Positions 13,478-15,304 of a stretch of DNA of 15,304 nucleotides are shown piece after piece. This stretch comes from Planctomycetota bacterium (GTDB taxonomy: Bacteria; Planctomycetota; GCA-002687715; DRQF01), in NCBI GenBank assembly GCA_036479435.1, contig JAZGFI010000146.1:1-15304 (forward strand), given 5' to 3'. The notes beneath the pieces were generated by a model. It was not told the origin of the DNA, ran no database searches, and saw nothing but the letters and a program-made list of their open reading frames with translations. Position 1 is the stretch's first letter, and every line of letters begins with the position of its first letter. A program made the translations under genes and the position numbers.

Positions 13478-15304
13478 ATGACAACGACAACGACGACCAA
13501 AAAGACCAAAAGCAAGGGCCCCGCGGCCAAGACCAAAGCCAAGGCCGCAGCCAAAACGCCGCGTTCCAGCGCAGCTAAAAAGCTCTGGGAACTCGAAGAG
13601 AGAATGCGGGCGATCGGCAGCACTCAAGCGGTGATTGAATTCGAAATGGACGGCACCATCATTGCCGCAAACCAGAACTTTCTGGCTACGACGGGCTACG
13701 ATCTCAGCGAGATCGAAGGCCGGCACCACAGCATGTTCGTCGACGAAGACCACAAAAGTTCCGACGACTACAAGGCATTCTGGGAGAGACTAAATCGCGG
13801 CGAAAGCGAAAGCGGCGACTACACACGTTACGGAAAAGGGCGTCGCCAAATCACCCTCAGGGCGTCCTACAACGCCATTGTCGACCGTGACGGCAAACCT
13901 TTCAAGGTTGTGAAGTATGCAACAGACGTCAGCGCTGCCGCCACCGAAATGGCGGCAGCAGCGCTGTTGCGGAGTGCAGTGGAGGGATCTAGTACCGCTT
14001 CGATGCAGGTTGATCTCAACTTAAACATTACCGGTGTCAACCCCGCTACCGTTCGCTTGGTGCGTAGCAATATCAGTGCTTTCGAAGGCGCATTTCCAGA
14101 AGTTGATTTCACCAACTTGATCGGATCTTGTGTCGACGTTTTTCACGAGAATCCGGCACACCAACGCAAGCTGTTGTCTGATCCCAAAAATCTTCCACAC
14201 CAAGCTGAGATCAAGGTTGGCGATCTGTACTTCGCGCTCAATATCTCCGCGATGCTGGATTCCCAAGGTCAGCACGTCGGAGCGAACCTCGAGTGGCAAG
14301 ATGTGACGGAACAACGGAGTCAAGAGGCCGCGGCCGCGAGGCTTCGAAGTGCCTTTGAGGGCTCGGGTACCGCGTCGATGCAGATCGACCGTGACCTTGT
14401 CATTCAAGGTGCGAACCCCGCGACCATCAAGCTGGTGACTAATAACCTTGACGTTTTTCGTAAGGCCTTCCCAGCAGTCAACTTCGATGATCTTATTGGA
14501 GTTTGTGTTGATGTCTTCCACAAGGACCCACAGCATCAACGAAAAATTCTCGGTGACCCTCGAAACCTCCCTTATGTCGCGGAGATCGAAGTGCAAGACC
14601 TTCGCTTCGCCCTCAACGTCTCAGCCATGCTCGACGCGAATGGCGACCACGTTGGCGCTAATCTCGAATGGCAGGATGTCACTGAAGCCCGCGAGAGCGA
14701 ACGGCAGCAAACCCTTGCCAACGCAGCCATCGCGGATCTGGCGCGCGCCGCGCAGGAAGGTGATCTTGCCAAGAGAGCGACGACGGATGGCCTCGAAGGC
14801 GACATTCACCAGCTCGTCAAGGGTGTTAACGGAATGCTCGACGCAGTTGTTGCACCCATAAACGAAGTATCAGCCGTTCTGAAGAGCGTCGCGAATCAGG
14901 ATCTTCGGCCGCGCGTCATGGGCGACTACAAGGGCGATCACGAAGAGCTCAAGAACAACCTCAACATGGCGGTCCAAAAGCTAGAGGATGCGCTGTCTCA
15001 GGTTAGCGAGGCGACAGGCCAAGTCGCCGCGGCAAGTGCTCAGATAGGCGAAGGCAGTCAGAAACTCGCGGAAGGTGCGAGTACGCAAGCGGCGTCGATT
15101 GAGGAGATTTCCGCGTCACTTGAAGAAATGTCTTCGATGACCGGGCAGAACGCTGATAACTCGTCCCATGCCAAGATCCTCGCCGACACTGCCAGCGAAT
15201 CGGCAGATAAGGGCAACGATCAGATGGTTCAGCTGAAGGAAGCGATCGACGCCATCAAGGCTTCGAGCGACGAGACCTCGAAGATCGTCAAGACGATCGA
15301 TGAA
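13478..15304 (+). CDS. Soluble methyl-accepting chemotaxis protein, PAS-PAS-PAS-HAMP-MA (Aer2-like), 3'-truncated by the window
   Basis: Not in the ORF track (no stop in the window); translated by hand from ATG 13478: MTTTTTTKKTKSK...AVIEFEMDGTIIAANQNFL...GRHHSMFVD...FWERLNRG...VVKYATDV; two VDVFHxxPxHQ...EWQDVT domains; GDLAKRA/QDLRPRV HAMP-like segments; QAASIEEISASLEEM...IVKTIDE signalling domain. No TM helix seen. Confidence 0.93.
   Translation, partial: MTTTTTTKKTKSKGPAAKTKAKAAAKTPRSSAAKKLWELEERMRAIGSTQAVIEFEMDGTIIAANQNFLATTGYDLSEIEGRHHSMFVDEDHKSSDDYKAFWERLNRGESESGDYTRYGKGRRQITLRASYNAIVDRDGKPFKVVKYATDVSAAATEMAAAALLRSAVEGSSTASMQVDLNLNITGVNPATVRLVRSNISAFEGAFPEVDFTNLIGSCVDVFHENPAHQRKLLSDPKNLPHQAEIKVGDLYFALNISAMLDSQGQHVGANLEWQDVTEQRSQEAAAARLRSAFEGSGTASMQIDRDLVIQGANPATIKLVTNNLDVFRKAFPAVNFDDLIGVCVDVFHKDPQHQRKILGDPRNLPYVAEIEVQDLRFALNVSAMLDANGDHVGANLEWQDVTEARESERQQTLANAAIADLARAAQEGDLAKRATTDGLEGDIHQLVKGVNGMLDAVVAPINEVSAVLKSVANQDLRPRVMGDYKGDHEELKNNLNMAVQKLEDALSQVSEATGQVAAASAQIGEGSQKLAEGASTQAASIEEISASLEEMSSMTGQNADNSSHAKILADTASESADKGNDQMVQLKEAIDAIKASSDETSKIVKTIDE
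13965..14690 (+). repeat. Tandem internal duplication of an Aer2-type PAS domain (375-nt / 125-aa period; boundaries approximate)
   Basis: TTCGCGCTCAATATCTCCGCGATGCTGGAT...GAGTGGCAAGATGT at 14231 versus TTCGCCCTCAACGTCTCAGCCATGCTCGAC...GAATGGCAGGATGT at 14606. Both encode LRSAxEGSxTASMQ...FALNxSAMLD..G.HVGANLEWQDVT. Confidence 0.9.

Noticed and set aside
1..15304. Genome-wide TGA reassignment (genetic code 4 or 25)
   Set aside because: TGA is the natural stop of the IYD gene, cheA (both ATGA overlaps) and the ABC1 kinase, and the long genes contain no internal TGA.
1..15304. CRISPR arrays, tRNA/rRNA genes, IS elements
   Set aside because: No regularly spaced repeats, cloverleaf or rRNA signatures, transposase or integrase motifs were seen by eye.

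Overview
GC-rich bacterial window, densely coding; the sulfatase, iodotyrosine deiodinase and Aer2-type chemoreceptor suggest an aquatic organism such as a planctomycete or deltaproteobacterium (inference only). Left to right: the 3' part of an FdhF/YdeP-family molybdopterin oxidoreductase, an iodotyrosine deiodinase-type nitroreductase and a CpcT/CpeT-like lipoprotein (apparent operon, +); a small HNH-like protein and a heavy-metal-associated (HMA) lipoprotein (-); a Cys-type sulfatase (+); a YcxB-like membrane protein and a small His-rich exported peptide (-); a Lon-N-domain/PhyH dioxygenase fusion (+); a stand-alone 4x MshEN-like protein, an ABC1/UbiB kinase, and the start of a chemotaxis operon: cheA with two Hpt domains, cheW, and a soluble triple-PAS Aer2-like MCP that runs off the window and is missing from the ORF track. 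The best hidden signal is at 3157-3543 (-): two short ORFs in the track appear to be one gene, with an in-frame TGA at the first-Cys position of the HMA metal-binding motif (GMS-U-MKM-C) followed by a perfect SECIS-like hairpin. This is a probable selenoprotein.
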